Made by a program: the position numbers and the translations under genes
Assembly: GCA_002633005.1 (NCBI GenBank)
Contig: NMRA01000155.1
Location: 641,536-705,535, forward strand
Length of the DNA: 64,000 nt
Direction: 5' to 3'
DNA from: Phoronis australis
Lineage: Eukaryota; Animalia; Phoronida
Notes under the pieces: generated by a model
Told to the model about the DNA's origin: nothing
What the model saw: only the letters and a program-made list of their open reading frames with translations
The model's database searches: none
In this document: positions 14,301-28,032 of the stretch, in pieces
How positions within the stretch are numbered: the stretch's first letter is position 1
Layout of the letters: each line of letters opens with the position of its first letter

Positions 14301-17300
14301 TCACGTACGCAAACTACCCTTCCCGCACTACGTGTTGTATCTCACGGACATATTTCTTTGCCCGCGCGCCGCATCCCCCAGTTGCCCGCGAAAACTATTC
14401 TATACCCTAGCTTGTTCCTATTTCTCGCGCCTCTTCTCGTTAGTGAAAATGTGATATAAAATCTCTACCTACTGACTTACAATTGCCATTTTCAATAACC
14501 TGTTTGAAACCGCGTCACTTCACAACTACTACAGTTAATTTGTAATAATGGAAACCAAACAAACATTCACATACAGACAAATGTTGACGGTACAATGAAG
14601 ATGCTATTGAACTCATTTGGCGTTCAACATTGCAATACATCGGTAAACAATGAAGTAAATGACAGCCGTAAATGCATCTGTGAGAGGGATGAGGGAGCGT
14701 TGCGTTTAGAAACACTCTACAAGAAGCAACCAAGCTCGGTTGACTAATTTACCTACATACCATACAGTGTAGTCCAGTGTCATAGTAGTGCAGCTCCGTC
14801 GATCTAGAGTTCGCGTGCAGGCAACAAGGTGTAGAAGCACGGTTGGTTTGTTCACGAGCAAAGAATTACGCCAGTGAGACGTAAAATGAGGTGCGGGAGA
14901 GGGAATATGCGTTATCGGAGTAACAGGAAATAGCGTACATTAGGAAAGCTTTGTTTGCGCGGCCAGTGGAAACTATGAAGTGCCCTAAAGTGCGAAAACA
15001 ATACAAACATAAACAATAACTAGTTACGTGCCGGATCGCTATGGAAAGGCTCTCAGCTCTTTGTTTGTTGTGAGTATGGTTATATATTAATTTAACAAGT
15101 AATTAGTTGATTCTGGTCTTTGATCTGACTGATTTTGAAACCTGCGCTTGACTACAAGCACCCGCCCACATCAACTTAGCCAAGGTCCCGTGTTTTATCA
15201 AAAGCAACATAAAGGTATCCAAGCAAGTCAGCCAGAATCACCACACACTTGGCCGTCAAATGACTCGTTGCCACGCAGGAGCGAGTTTTGGGGGGAAATG
15301 ATCACCGTGCGACAGTTTAAGGCCAACGCGGAGCCGTTGAAATGCGCCCACGACAAGCACCGCATTGACGCGTCAATGAGTGTTCACCAGTATCATAAAA
15401 ATAGCCAAAAATAGCCACTAGATAGTGTAGAATACGTCAAACCTGTCCGTTGCCTCCCAAATAGTAAATTATTCGCCAAATTTCACAAAAATCTGTCAAC
15501 GGACTCCAAAGATGCACACAAACTTTAAACTGCCACTAGTGGGTACAGTGATTGTCGGATGCCTCCGAAAGTGGTCATCATTCGTCGTCATCTCCATAGA
15601 AACACATCTGCCAACTTTCATGGAGATCTTCCAAGAGGCTTAGTGGAGAAACAACAGTGAAAGACAGACGACCGGACAGAGATGACGGAAATTTTGGACC
15701 ACTAATAACTATGCGGGCACATAAAAAGACAAAAACGGGAACCAACTATGCTTTTCCTTGTGGAAATGGAGGTTAATTCTCAAACGTGACGTCTCTGTCG
15801 CCTGAGGCGCACCCTCAAGGTTACTGAGCCCGCAATCTTGCCTGCCAAATAACTCAATTAGACCTGTTCGAGTGTCCGTTTTCCATGCAAACTGTGAACG
15901 AGCCTAGATTACGTGAGTTGGATATTCGAAATAATAACAATAATACTTTTTCGTGTCATCAGCTTCTTGATTGTCCTGTGTTTATTTTTACTTGTGTCTT
16001 GCATACCGTCACTACTTTTAGTTTATATCCAAGTGCTACCTCTGTCAGTTTTTTGTAGTGTTGTGTTATATTGTATTACTTTTGTGGGCAATCTAAGTCA
16101 GATACACCAACCAATCAATTAATACTCTTGCGGGCAGATCACTAGCTGTGGCCTTTCACGCGTTAGCCCCACGGGTAAACACTGGTACTGAGGCTATAGT
16201 ATGACATTTATTGTACGAAATAATCAAAAAGTACAGTGACAGTGTGGTGTCGTATGCATTCGACGTGTGGGTATCGGTCATGTCTACAAGAACAAAGATC
16301 CACCGTATGCAACCATTTTTGTCATTTGCACCCGTAACGCCGTCATTCGTTGACTGTCATGTGTACCGTTGTTAATCAACATCCGGAAACAAGTAACAAT
16401 TGAGAAACGTGAAATGTTGAGATTTTCCATCTGTTCATTAATCGTGTCTAATGCGCAGCAATAACGGAACAAAGCAGGCCGGCCATCAATCACAGACCGT
16501 TTTGTTTAAGAACAATTAGATTAGTGTTGTTAAACAAAGCTAGCAGGACCAGGCGACTGCCACTTGGGAATACTGAGTGGTGTTGCCCTTTGAATGGAGA
16601 GAGCAATGGGATCAACAGGGTCAGTATTTTAGTTAGCGAATGACATAAGCGGATTTAGTGTGCAGGGAGCAGCCGCCCCCCCCCCCCNCCCCCCACTCCC
16701 CATCACCTCACTCCCCAGTCACCAAAAAAGACAACGGCAAGTCACCGTGAACCGTACTTCGGACCATCGAAAATCATGCATCCCCCAAGCGACATCATGA
16801 ACCGGCTAGAGGAATTGTCTGTTGATAAAAATAAAATTAAAGCCAACAGCAACTCGCCGATTAATATTTGTGTCGAGTGATGGAATCTGCTACTACTAAC
16901 ATATTCAAGCTTCACTTCAGTTAAACTGCTATTAGTTTGTCATGCGCCAAGTTTGTCGGTGCTTGAGGGACAAGGAAGGGAGACTAGGGGGGGGACACCC
17001 GCGCACCCCTACCCATGCATCCGACAACGCTCCAGTCACTCATTCATCATTTGATGATCAGAATTAGGAACACGTCACACAAAATCTACACTCCTCAAGG
17101 TTTAGGTGCATGAAACCAATTAATGGCGAAGATTCATGAATTGTTATTAAAACAAATAGTGAAGCATTTGGAAAAAAAACAAAAGGTACGTTTCTGAAAA
17201 GGTATAAATGCGTACTATATAGCTCCGTCAGTTTGAGGATTTCAGAAAAATTAACAGAAATTAATATGAAATTCAACATCAAATAAGTCGCCTCTGACGG

Positions 17301-20300
17301 AAAACAGGATCGCCGATTGTCCAAAACATTAATCTTATGGTCAAGGATTTCACGCTTATTTACGCCAAATAAACGTGGACAAGCTGTCGTTAATTCATTT
17401 AATGAGCGCCAACCTCACCGGTCCGTCACGAGCCCAACTTGAAAATTGAACCTGGCGTAGCACTGGTATAGTTGCCTCGGTAACTGTGAATCCCACGTGG
17501 CTCTGAATTTTTTTACTTGTGTTCCAATGTAGCAACAGTGGTGCATATGCAGATCGTCGGAACAAACAAGTCATTCGAAAATACGGAGTTTACATATCAC
17601 GTGGTGACCACTGGTGCTGATTTGTATCTCTCGGTGTGCGGACCCGACGCCACTTTGGATTTGTCGTCTGCACGTCTTCATACACACATGTACATACAAA
17701 ACCCTGTCTACACACTTCGGTTTTCGTGTACGACTGCACAACTATTGAAGTTGACGAGTGCGTAGATAGTGGTCCAAAGTCGTATCCGACTTTTCCCAAG
17801 TTGATAGAAAAACGCAGAAAAATCGCATACTCTAGCAATCGAGCCCGACTTTTCCTAAGTTGATGGAAAATCGCAGAAAAACCGCATACAATAAAGCTAC
17901 CTGTCTACACAGTCTGGCGGTGTTGTAGTACCGGTAGTTTCGTAAATCTATGACGTACGCATGAAGACGTTTAGTCGTTCAGCAGCTTTTCCAGACGTGA
18001 GGGGTTCTGAACGTGCGATAATATCTTGCCCAGCACAGTCTTTCGTCCCTTATGACAACAAGCAGGGCCATGCTACAAAGGATTTCTGAAACCCAGCCGA
18101 ACGGATTGTCTTGACTTCTGTTGTAGTTGGGCGATTTTGGTGATTCAAAAACTAAACATGATCAGCATTTGACAAGGAATTCAGTAATGCTATATAGTTT
18201 ATGTTCAAATACGTAATAACTTAACTTTCATTTTAGCAGCACAGCCCAGTCAGGCTAGATACGTTCTGATCGGAGATTAGAGCAATTATCGAACAAAAGA
18301 GAGCCGGCACTCCAACCATAAATGCCAGGAGTTAATCACTCGTGTACGATATTGGCTGCAGGGGTGATCTTCCCAACTTGTTGTTGGGCTATAGAATCGA
18401 ACAAGTTGGGAGCAACGGGAAAACGCCGTAATATGGACTAATCGGACTGAGTGCAGCTAGACAGACGGCTACATCAGGGGGTGGAAACGATTCCATGGCC
18501 TAAATTACATTGCCGATTCCCTAAATTCTGGGGCAAATTCCAGTCCTGCAACCTTACAACTCACACACATGCAAGCACAAGCCGAAAATGCTCTATACCA
18601 GGGGACAAAACTCCGCTCCCAGGAACCAAATTCCACACCCGGACGGTCAGGTCAGTTTGGTGCTCGGTGGGCATTGGGTATTTTCAGCGCCTGTGTGGAG
18701 TTTTAGGACTGCAGATCTGGAATTTGTATCGTGGTTTAGTTTTTGCTGTTGCGAGACTTGGGCTGCAGAGACCAATGTCTGGAATTTAGCGATAAAGTGG
18801 CGAGAATTTCGCTACAACAGAAATACCTGAAGTATAGCTACGAATTCCCCAGTATGATGTTACCACGTTCTTGTGATTTGCTTTTTATTTATTTCAGTTT
18901 ACAGAAGTTTCATGAACCCTGCATTCTAATTAGGCTAACGCAAATTAGTGTTAACGAGAGGCTCGATAGCTTTTAACCAGGCGCCCAATTTCAGCAATTA
19001 CCAATCCAGTCTACTAAATGTATGAACCCCTGGCAAGTTCGCCGCAAAAAGGCCGATGTGTTTCGTAGATAACGAATCATAGTTAGTAATAATGACTTTG
19101 AAATTACAACTCCCTCGTGAGACGCGAACAGCTATTGGCGTCAAGGCCAACAAAAGGCTACCGCTTTGACTGGTAGATGAAAAGCTTGACCGCTGCCTGT
19201 GGTCAGTGAGTTAAGGTGACGAATTTGTCTGCTGGAGAAGGCGAAGGTATTTTGGAAGTGTCAAACAAATCATGGAATATTAGCGAGGAATGCCCGGGAG
19301 AGCAATTCCACAGAGGAAATGTCACTATTTCTTAATTTTGTTTGGATAAACTTCGCCGTACTCGGTGTGGTTCCAACGACTCGGACCGTCGATCGCACAT
19401 GGCACAGTAAGAATTTCTTAACTGATTTGGCCAATGTGCCAGGCAATATTTAATCTTTTCTTATCCTACACTCGCCCCCCCCCCCCNCCGGCCTTGCATA
19501 TTCTTTTTCACACAACACACTCCATATCTCACGACAGCATTTGTTTAATTTGTGGTTAAATTCGGCTAGTTGACTGTATCGTCTAGTTCCAAGCAATTAT
19601 TGTCAAAGTTGTAACTCCTATTAATGCTCGTTATCCGCTATTGTGTCCGGTTTTTTTTAAATAAAATGTGAAACTTATGTGGCAGACTTACTATGCCACG
19701 AATGAATTGACGAACATAAGATAGTCATTCAGCGTCAGGTGCTAATGCGGGTATTGTCGAGCTGCCGTGTGTGGCTGTATATTACTCAATCATATTTGCC
19801 CCGGTATCAAATTCAGTGTACGCTGTATCATTCTCTGGGCGCTACGAGACATTGGAGTACGCTGAATGATTCTGTCAAGTTCACATCTAATCAAACAGCG
19901 GGTCTCGAGAGAAAAACACAAGCATATTGCAAACTGCGTCGTCTGATACCCGCCGGATACGCGTTAATTGTGGATCTAGTCTACACTGCAGTATGGTTCG
20001 TACCCAGCGGTGATACAATCTGCCGACATTAATGAAACAAAATCGACGTTTGACAGTATTTTTAACTGAGATAGCTGCCTCAAATCAGCAAAACAAATAT
20101 CGCCGAGGCCAATCCAAGGTAACTAATTTTAGGCTATTGCCTTGTCCGTGTATCCGTGAAGCCACCAGCCGAGCTACAGGTACATATATACGCATAGGTT
20201 TCATTTAGATCAGATTAGTCTATTTTTCTGTAATCAGGTAACTTGATACAAATTACGCAAAGATAGTTTTGCACCTGCAGAGATTATCGTCCTTTCCAAA

Positions 20301-23300
20301 AGATAAACACGTGCATTTGGAACAGCGCCACCTAAAGTCACACCCTTAAACACAGAATGAGACCACATGCACAAGTTGTACTTCGTATTCAGTTTAAGTT
20401 TTTTTAAATATCGGCAGCATATCAAGATTGAAGACTATCGGAGAATCATATAAAACTCATGACGACCAGAATACTAAAAACCAAAGACAGGAACAAATAA
20501 TGAACAAAAACTGTCGCCAGAATATTGAAGAATTTCCACTACCTAAAGGTGTCGCCATCCAAGCCAACAACAAACTGAGCTTCCGCCACGGTACCAATAC
20601 TGAGGACAATCACGTGAATATCAAGACTACAGAGTAAACCCAAGATAATAGGAAAGAATATCCTGACTTTCAAAGTTAAAGACTATTAAATTTCCTAAGA
20701 ATCGTGAATAAAGACTATCATCTGACCACTATGGGACACTATCCCCTGCTGGACTCCTTTAGAATTAAACTATGATTCCCGAAACTCAAAGACTACATAC
20801 TTTCCCTGAGTACGAAAGACTAAAGACCAATCTGAGAGTACCAAAGACTGGGCAACGAGACTAAAGACGATCTTTTGGGTGTACCAAAGATTAAAAACTG
20901 TCGCCGGAACGCTATTTCTTGAAGGTTACGTCAAGTCAGCTAGAAACTAAGATTCCTTTTGCCGGCCAGTCTGCTACTGATTATATGTATCATAAGCGGG
21001 TCCAGGGGGTCAAGAGTGTCCGGTCTCCCCTTTTCACTTGATTTTAGTGATATCCTATCTTGAATTGTTGACTTGGACCCCTTGTTTAAAACATCCGTGA
21101 TCCGACCCCCCTTGAAAAATCCTGGATCCGCCCCTGTGTATTTGAAACGTTATTTTACAAGCGGACCGGCAGAATCCGTAACTTCCCCGACCATCATCAG
21201 TTTCATGAAATCTCCGTCGTCAGCAGGTATGCAATAGCGCTAGGCTTATAAGCGGCTATTGAGATAAATGTCTCATTGCTTAATGGATACTGTCAACACC
21301 AACTGGTCATTTAAGCTGATAAATCCTCAAACAGGTAAGATATTTTATAACTAGTTGACACCTGGTAGAGATAAGGCATGGATTCAATATGCAAAGTTTA
21401 TCTGAAGACGGGTGTTAGCGGGCCATACTAGAAAGAAATTCTGACATCACAGGAACACGGGGAAGAAGGGGGTGAACACGTGTTCGTGTTTTGGAGCAAG
21501 TGATTTTGACTTCAAATTGTCGTTTCAGTCATCTTGACCCACATTAACAAATGACTCTGCCCACTAGTACAGAACTATATCACATTCTGCATGTTTGCTA
21601 AAATTACATGAGTCTAGTCCATGAGCGCTGCCCATGTAGTCTCAAGAGGAACATATTACGTCACGCCCATGGACAGTACGTGGCGCATCTCATCACAACA
21701 CGTCATTTTTGTAATTTTGACTAAGATGGGTAAATGAAACGATAAGTTGTTAGTAGGATACAGCAGTAACTGATGTTATGTTGCTAAGAGACTTGATTTT
21801 GTATTAGACGATTAGAAGGGAAACAGTGACGTAGATGAGTGTCGGATTGAAATCTCGTTCAGTAAGTAGTATCTCGGAAGTACGAAGTAACCCCCGTGAT
21901 ATAGATACAGGGGGGATACAGTCTTCTGCTATCGCTTGGTCGATCCGCGTACTAAGCTCCAAATGTAGAACATGGCCGTGGGAACAGGCGTCGTGTAATT
22001 ACGAATACACAAAATAAACATGGTCTCTATTTCAGCAATATCACCATGTGCGCTAGTGTTTTCGTCAGGTGTTTTAATAAACCGCGAATGAACTCGACCC
22101 ACGCTTTGAAATCCAACACTCTATACCGCCATAGCGTATAGAGAACAAACTGAAGCTTAAGCGACTATAAATCTGAAGCTTGTTTCAAAACTTAAGACTT
22201 TAAAAGTTAGAAATATTGTCTTATGTTTCCACTTCACAATGACTGAATAAAACTTCAGTAATGCAATAATTAGCACAGCACAGCTTCATAATGGTTTATA
22301 TGTTTATCTTGCTAACTGGCAGTTCTGGATATATTTTCTGAAACTTTGTATTATTAACACAAGATTTTAATTTGTTTGTTTCATGAACACTCAGAAACTT
22401 CGATGTGTGATAAGAAGCGATAAACTTTCTTTCTAGTCGACCCTAGTACACCAACTGTTACTCACTACGGTGGTGTAAGCTCTTTTTTCTAGCAAAACAT
22501 GTCCGAACGATAAACCCGTGTTTAAGGTTCTTTGTCGGCAATGAAAACTCCCACTAAGAAAAAGTTAACAGACCAGTTTCTTAGACATTCATAAAGAACT
22601 TTAATTTCACTGGACAAACATCATAGGCGATTTGCACAGAGGGAGCCTGGAAAATTGGTTTTGAGTGTACAGTCGGGGGTAATCTTGCGGTAGAAATGTC
22701 AAAACATAGGTTATTTTAGGATCAGTGGCATGGCCAAATCTCAGTAAAGCCAGCGAAAGATTCGGTGCAGTTATAAAAGTCGACGAGTTACAGGGTAAAT
22801 GAAACACAACAGATCAACTTGGTGCATCTACAAGATACATAGTTCATTCTATGAAGTGATATCATTACCTTAAACCCAAATATCACCACTTGTATAGAAA
22901 TAAACCATTTAATGGAGGCCTTCAAAAAGTGTTGACGCCGTTGGTTTTATCGTAGGATATAAAATATTTAAATTTGTCGCCTCAATACATTCCCACGAAG
23001 GTTCAAGTAAGCTCCAAGCGTTTCCCGAAATGCAATGGCTTTCAATTCACATTTAGGTCGTGATGTTTCAACAAAGCCCTGCCAACCTCAAACCGAAACA
23101 TAGCCATGTTTCATAGAAATTACCACTACGGCCCAAACTTCGCCAAGTCAGTGTCAGTAGTGCCGTCAGTGGACAAACGAATGAACAGGATGTTGATTCC
23201 TGTCTCACAAATTCTGTTCCTGACCAGTCATTAGCCAGTCAAAACGTAACAGAAAACTTTTTGTCGTGTTTAGTAAAACATACGTTAAAGTCTTACGATA

Positions 23301-26300
23301 GATCCGGCATGGGCGGCGCACCATAGGGGTCTGGGAGGCTATAGCCCCTCCCCCCTTTTATATCAGTGCTGCGCTGCCCATGGAGTCCATGGGCAGCTCA
23401 TCATAGGGGGCTGGTGGCCATAGCCCCCCCCCCCACTTATTTCAGATGCCTCCACCAAACTGTTCTTTCTGCCCGTGCTTCTGTTGTACGGAGCGTGGTG
23501 ACAAATGCGTATTAACCTGTCTATCGAATCACGTGACAACTGTAATCGTTTCGAAGAGCACGATTTTTCTGTACCATGGGTTCATAAGGGATAGCATATA
23601 TTGTAATTAATTTTTTGGCAATAGACTGCGTGACGACATGCATTGTATATCTCTGATTCTGTTCTGACACAGTATATCACGAGGTTATTAAGTAATTCGA
23701 GCAGCAAAGTATCAAGCGAGCGGGCTTTATCAGTCGAATCCTACTCTATTAAATGTAATTATGAGCTCAGGAAGCTAGTCTTTTTGATAATCTAACCGCA
23801 AAATTGCCGAAGGCTACAATACCGAATTATTCGCTAGCGAATTTAAGTAGCTCCGACTAGGAAACATCAGTGCCCCCCTTCGCATGAGTAACGTTTACAC
23901 TTGTGTTTTATTGGCTATTAGTAGTTTCAAACAGTAGCCAATAACTCTAACACTGCTAATTATAGTTACAACCATGCCGACCTGTTTCATCCAAAATGTT
24001 CAAAGCCAAGCAAAGCCGGGCATTCAGCTCATTTATAACCCTGAAATAAAATGACAACATATCCCGCTTTCGGTAATTAGTTTAATTCGTAGTCATGAAC
24101 AAAAGTAGCGCGTGACTCATACACCAGTACATATATGAACGTCTATGCAATAAGCCCATGCTTTATGTCAAAAAATCAGGTTCTGATTTAGGACTATTAC
24201 CGTTATAAAATTCTTCTCTAGTGGTTCCTTTGCCAAAATAAGTATGATTTTTGGGATTGGAAATCGCTGGCACTTTGTTAAATTTTTTCAGACCACGTCA
24301 CGGCATGTCAGTTCTTCAGACCACGTCACGGCATGTCAGTTCTTCAGACCACGTCACGGCATGTCAGTTCCTCAGACCACGTCACGGCATGTCAGTTCTT
24401 CAGACCACGTGACGGCATGTCAGTTCTTCAAACAATGTAACGGCATGTCAGTTCTTCTCAAGACCAGAGATAACTAGTTCTACAGTGACTAAGGAACAAC
24501 GCCAGGACCAGTTACAAGTAGCCCCAATCAAATGTGTTTTTGACTGAAAGCACAGGTTTAATACCGCTTTAAGCTAGTACACTAGCAGTTATGGCGCATG
24601 TTCTAACATGTAAACTGAGAAAAGCAGGAGGTTGGACAGTAGAAGGCATGTGTAGATGAATTTGACTTGCGAGAACAAATCATTGCACTTCATCCGTAAA
24701 CATACGGATTCTATAGGCCCGCGTTCCGTCCACGAAGCGCATTTTTGATTTAGAACACATACTGCTACAAAAATGGTCTCAACTTGTTCCCGTAACTTAG
24801 ATGAGTAGTGATGTATGGATTTTCTTATTCGTTGAGGCTATGTTTGGCGCATAAAATAACACGCCGTGACAAACCAGTTTGCGGTACCTGGTTTCAAACA
24901 ATACCGACCTATCAGTCCGTTCGGAGCCCAGATATCATCTCCAATTTGACAAAGGAACAATTTGAGACGAATTTCGTAACGATTAGTAGTCTAAATACAC
25001 GGTTGGTTTCATGATGGTTTACAGCCGCTTTAATTATGTATACGTGATGACATGTACGTAAAAGCACTGTAATCGAGAAACTGGCGAAAGGTCCTTAGGT
25101 ACTGCGCTATAATACTCTTTATACAATAACAGAGAAGAACAGTAAACGATAAAACTTGGATCCTCCACTGTGCCATTAGGATCAATATTCTATAGGAGTA
25201 GTGGGAGAAATTGTTACATTGAACGACCGGTTGATGAAAAGAACTACCTCAGAAGTCAGAAGACGCTAGAGAAAGGAACAAAATAATATTTTGCCCTGAA
25301 TTAACAAGTGTTCGTAATGTTACGTGTGCATTTTAAATGCAAATTTCGATACGAATTATATGTTTAAACGATTTTGGACAACATACATTTCTATTAGGTT
25401 AGGGGTGCAATGTTTTCGATTCAAATTAATTGATTTATTATTTACTGACCACTATCTGTGTTATTGATGCAACTTTTAATATTTTTTTATGATCAAGCCA
25501 AAAGATAGTTCTCACACCGACATACAGTCAGTCACATTTGCTCACTAACTCCGTATTAACTACACGCGGTTCACTGGCCGATCACTATGTATGAATACAA
25601 TCCAAAGCCTGATAGCGAGTATTGTTATTTCTCATCTCTGCCCCTAGTGCTCGTGGTATCAGCTAGCAAGAGTATCGTATTCTATAGTGCTGGTGTTGGC
25701 GAGTACCATTTCATTCCGCAGTGACTACAACGATTTGATACGTTTTTGAGAGACAGTGGAAACGCCCAGTTTACGCACCAGAAGTCAGGAACGTCGTAAC
25801 CATAGGTCTACTGACCTACTGCGAATTTCATAAACAGAATTTCTGAAACACACTTGCGATAAACATTTAGTCCGTTATCTTCTTCATTAGGGGTAGCCAA
25901 ACACAAAAACAAGCGACCATGGCCCATATGAGCTCGGCGCAGTACAGTTCGACACGCATTTACAGAATAATTTACAGAAAGGAAAAAAACACATGCTACA
26001 TGTATAGTATAAGTCTTAAAAATCAATGGACTCCCTTCGTTATTACAAACCTGGTAGGCTATGCGAATGCGTAGCTACCTATATTTTCCCTGACCAGACA
26101 TATCGTTCTGGCATGCGAGCATTAACATATAAAGACAATCCCTTACCTAACATAGCAAAAATGGCAGTTACAAAATATCAATAGGTACCTTTCTGCCAAT
26201 ATCGAAATGTTGATTTGTTTTCACAAAAACTACAGAAGCAGTTCCAGATAGAGAGTGGCATCAGTTCATTGGTGACCAGGCGCTCACACTGCGCCAGATG

Positions 26301-26435
26301 ACAGGTTACATGAATAAGCTCCTAAGAAATGGTACGGATCGAAAGGAAAATGTACTCACCGGAAGTTGTTCTAAAATTCACAAAAGTCTCCAAAAGAGCA
26401 TAAAGCAGCAGATGCCAGCGAGCTCGACCTGCCAT
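5345..26435 (-). CDS. BAMBI: BMP and activin membrane-bound inhibitor (kinase-less TGF-beta pseudoreceptor), 243 aa, 3 exons
   Basis: Exon 1 is 26435-26360 (76 nt, MAGRARWHLLLYALLETFVNFRTTS-G, signal peptide, phase-1 GTGAGT donor). Exon 2 is 7160-6855 (10-Cys three-finger ectodomain CVCSTPHC...LTHGC...LHCCKDSMCN). Exon 3 is 5694-5345 (TM ILIAVPLAGACALVAIAVFAVFILRKK, similar to BAMBI AVIAVPIAGG; short tail, no kinase). Total 732 nt, in frame. Confidence 0.88.
5832..5926. mobile_element. ~95-bp palindromic MITE-like element (uninterrupted copy of the family at 11780-12138)
   Basis: Terminal inverted repeats TTGCACTTGATGACCCCA / TGGGGTCATCATGTGTGAA. The internal sequence resembles the interrupted copy. 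Confidence 0.6.
7300..7637. mobile_element. Old foldback/MITE-like element with long degenerate inverted arms
   Basis: The reverse complement of ~7300-7380 (TAAGGAACAATTTGTGACAACAGCAAGCGG...GGTTATAG) aligns by eye to ~7548-7634 (TAAGGAACAATTAGGTGA...CAAGTGG...GGTTTATAG). Confidence 0.45.
9233..9493. repeat. 3x 21-bp CAAGCCCTGTCTAC-type repeat followed by a ~73-bp element bounded by CTGTCTAC...GTAGACAG (9421-9493)
   Basis: Visible direct and inverted repeats. A related short element lies at 17704-17769 (CTGTCTAC...GTACGAC...GCGTAGATAG). Confidence 0.55.
11780..12138. mobile_element. Nested MITEs: PIF/Harbinger-like element 11865-12113 inserted into a TTGCACTTGATGAC...GTCATCGAGTGCAA element
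   Basis: Inner TIRs are GGGGCCCGTTCCAA / TTGGAACAGGCCCC with a CAA (or AA) duplication. The outer element matches the uninterrupted copy at 5832-5926. Confidence 0.75.
12562..12628 (-). mobile_element. tRNA-derived SINE head fragment
   Basis: The minus strand reads GTGGCATCG...GGGTTCGAATCCCACTGGG (B box). A related copy is at 59570-59636. Confidence 0.55.
15345..15727 (-). mobile_element. Short non-autonomous Helentron-like (HINE/DINE-1-like) element, same family as 28875-30564
   Basis: Shares the ...GACAGAGATGACGG...GCACATAAAAA end and the AAAATAGCCACTAGAT block with the long copy. Palindrome CATTGACGCGTCAATG near the other end. Confidence 0.55.
17786..17889. repeat. Direct duplication of ~45 bp (CCGACTTTTCCYAAGTTGATRGAAAAWCGCAGAAAAAYCGCATAC) x2
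   Basis: Two near-identical copies about 59 bp apart. Confidence 0.8.
20425..20900. repeat. Highly degenerate tandem array built on an AAAGACTA(T/C) motif
   Basis: AAGACT/AAGACC recurs at roughly 30-40 bp spacing. Confidence 0.45.
20991..21136. mobile_element. MITE of the CAG(G/T)GGCGGAT...ATCCGCCCCTG family with 5-bp TSD TGTAT
   Basis: TGTAT|CATAAGCGGGTCCAGG...CCTGGATCCGCCCCTG|TGTAT. Confidence 0.75.
24287..24454. repeat. Minisatellite, 28-bp unit TTCAGACCACGTCACGGCATGTCAGTTC x6, in BAMBI intron 1
   Basis: Five near-perfect units and one degenerate unit. Confidence 0.95.
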
Positions 26436-27977
26436 GGTGCCAGCTACATGATAACCCACGGCGTTCAGTCTTTCATCGCTTATACTCCTGTCGACGTGAC
26501 CTCGTGTGACCTTCAAGACCATTCCAAGTTTCTCAGGGAGATCAGGTTGACGACCGAGCCTGCTGATGGGTCTTATGGTTGGTAGGATGATGTAAAAACC
26601 TGCTACGACAAAGCCAATAAGAAATATTAAGACTTTAAAATGTCAACTCAAAAAGTACCTTGTCGACCTCTAAAACGTCAGCATACAATGAGCGCCACCT
26701 ACTGAATTGCAAGCTACATCAGCGGCACGTTCGCCAACTGTTGCCTGTGAGCCTGAGGGTCCACACGACAGATCCGGCCGGGTTTCTAACGCCGCTGCTC
26801 ACTAAGACGGACAATTGGTATTTTCATGCTCAGATTCTTTATGAAATTCCCAAAGAAATGTTCATTTTGTCGGATAGGAACTGTCTGCAAACGAACTCAT
26901 TGCCTAACAGAATACTGGCGTCAATATTTTTGCTCAATTCAGTGGCGGATCTAGGATATCACAAGGGGGGCCCAACATTTTGTCTGTAAACATTTGCTTA
27001 AAGCACGATTGTAGATGCGCATAGCACCGAATGGAGGGAAGTCGGGATGGGGGTTTGCCCAGGAAAATTTTCTGTTTTTTCCTCTAAATACCAAGCACTT
27101 TCCTCGATTCCTGAAGTATTATCCAAGAAAAAAGGCAAAAAAAAAACAAAAAACGGTTTAAGTGTCAAACAGGAAAAACTGCAAGTGCCACGACCTGGCG
27201 AGTAGAGAGTGCGTTCTTTACCACTGCACCACCATGATTTTACTCCTAATTTGATACTAAGAGACCTACTTGTTTATGGTCCATAGCGTTTGCGCGCGTA
27301 ACCTTCTTTTTGTAATGGTTATTGCGTGTTTTATATTTTGCGAAATAAGTTCATAACAAATTTGTTGTATTTATAATAGTCTTCAATTGCCCAAAAGACC
27401 AAATCCGCTTTTTGTGTTGGCAATAATGACGCGATTGCTTTGTAAATCGTCTTAAGTTAAGGTTTGACAAAGAGAGAATTATGAGTTTCTGAGTGATTCA
27501 CTAAGGCTTCGATTTAAATTCACATCTTACCAGTAGCTTCTGTTTTTTCATCATCATTAAGATTCCATTTTCTTTAAAAAATGAAGTAATTTTCTTCATT
27601 GCACAGTGGAGCAGACGATGGAAACGGAGTCGTAGTGCCCAGCGCCATGGCGGTCACTTGAGATATCGCGGGAGTGCCTATACTGAGCCATAGTTCCGTT
27701 ACGATTGTGCCGCGTTCCAAATTTGACACTTGAAATTGGATCTGAGCCCCCCCCCCAAACATTAAACTGCACACATTTAAATCTTNATTAATACAAGAAG
27801 TAATGCAATGCACTACCCGTAAGTGGAAAACATTATATGCAAGCATATTACAAAATAAAATGACAATAACTATAAGGAGGTTACATACAGATATCAAAAT
27901 TACAAAACACAATGTTTACTCGCTGCACATAGAATATCGAACGACCTAATTACAAACTCAAATACACATACGAATAA

Positions 27978-28032
27978 ACACACACACACACACACACACA
28001 CGCGCGCGCGCACGCACGCACGCACACACACA
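27978..28032. repeat. (CA)n(CG)n(CACG)n alternating purine-pyrimidine microsatellite
   Basis: Directly visible, ~1.5 kb upstream of the BAMBI ATG. Confidence 0.9.

Noticed and set aside
24287-24454. CRISPR-like array (also 32434-32628 and 34830-35035)
   Set aside because: Head-to-tail repeats without unique spacers, no cas genes, eukaryotic context.
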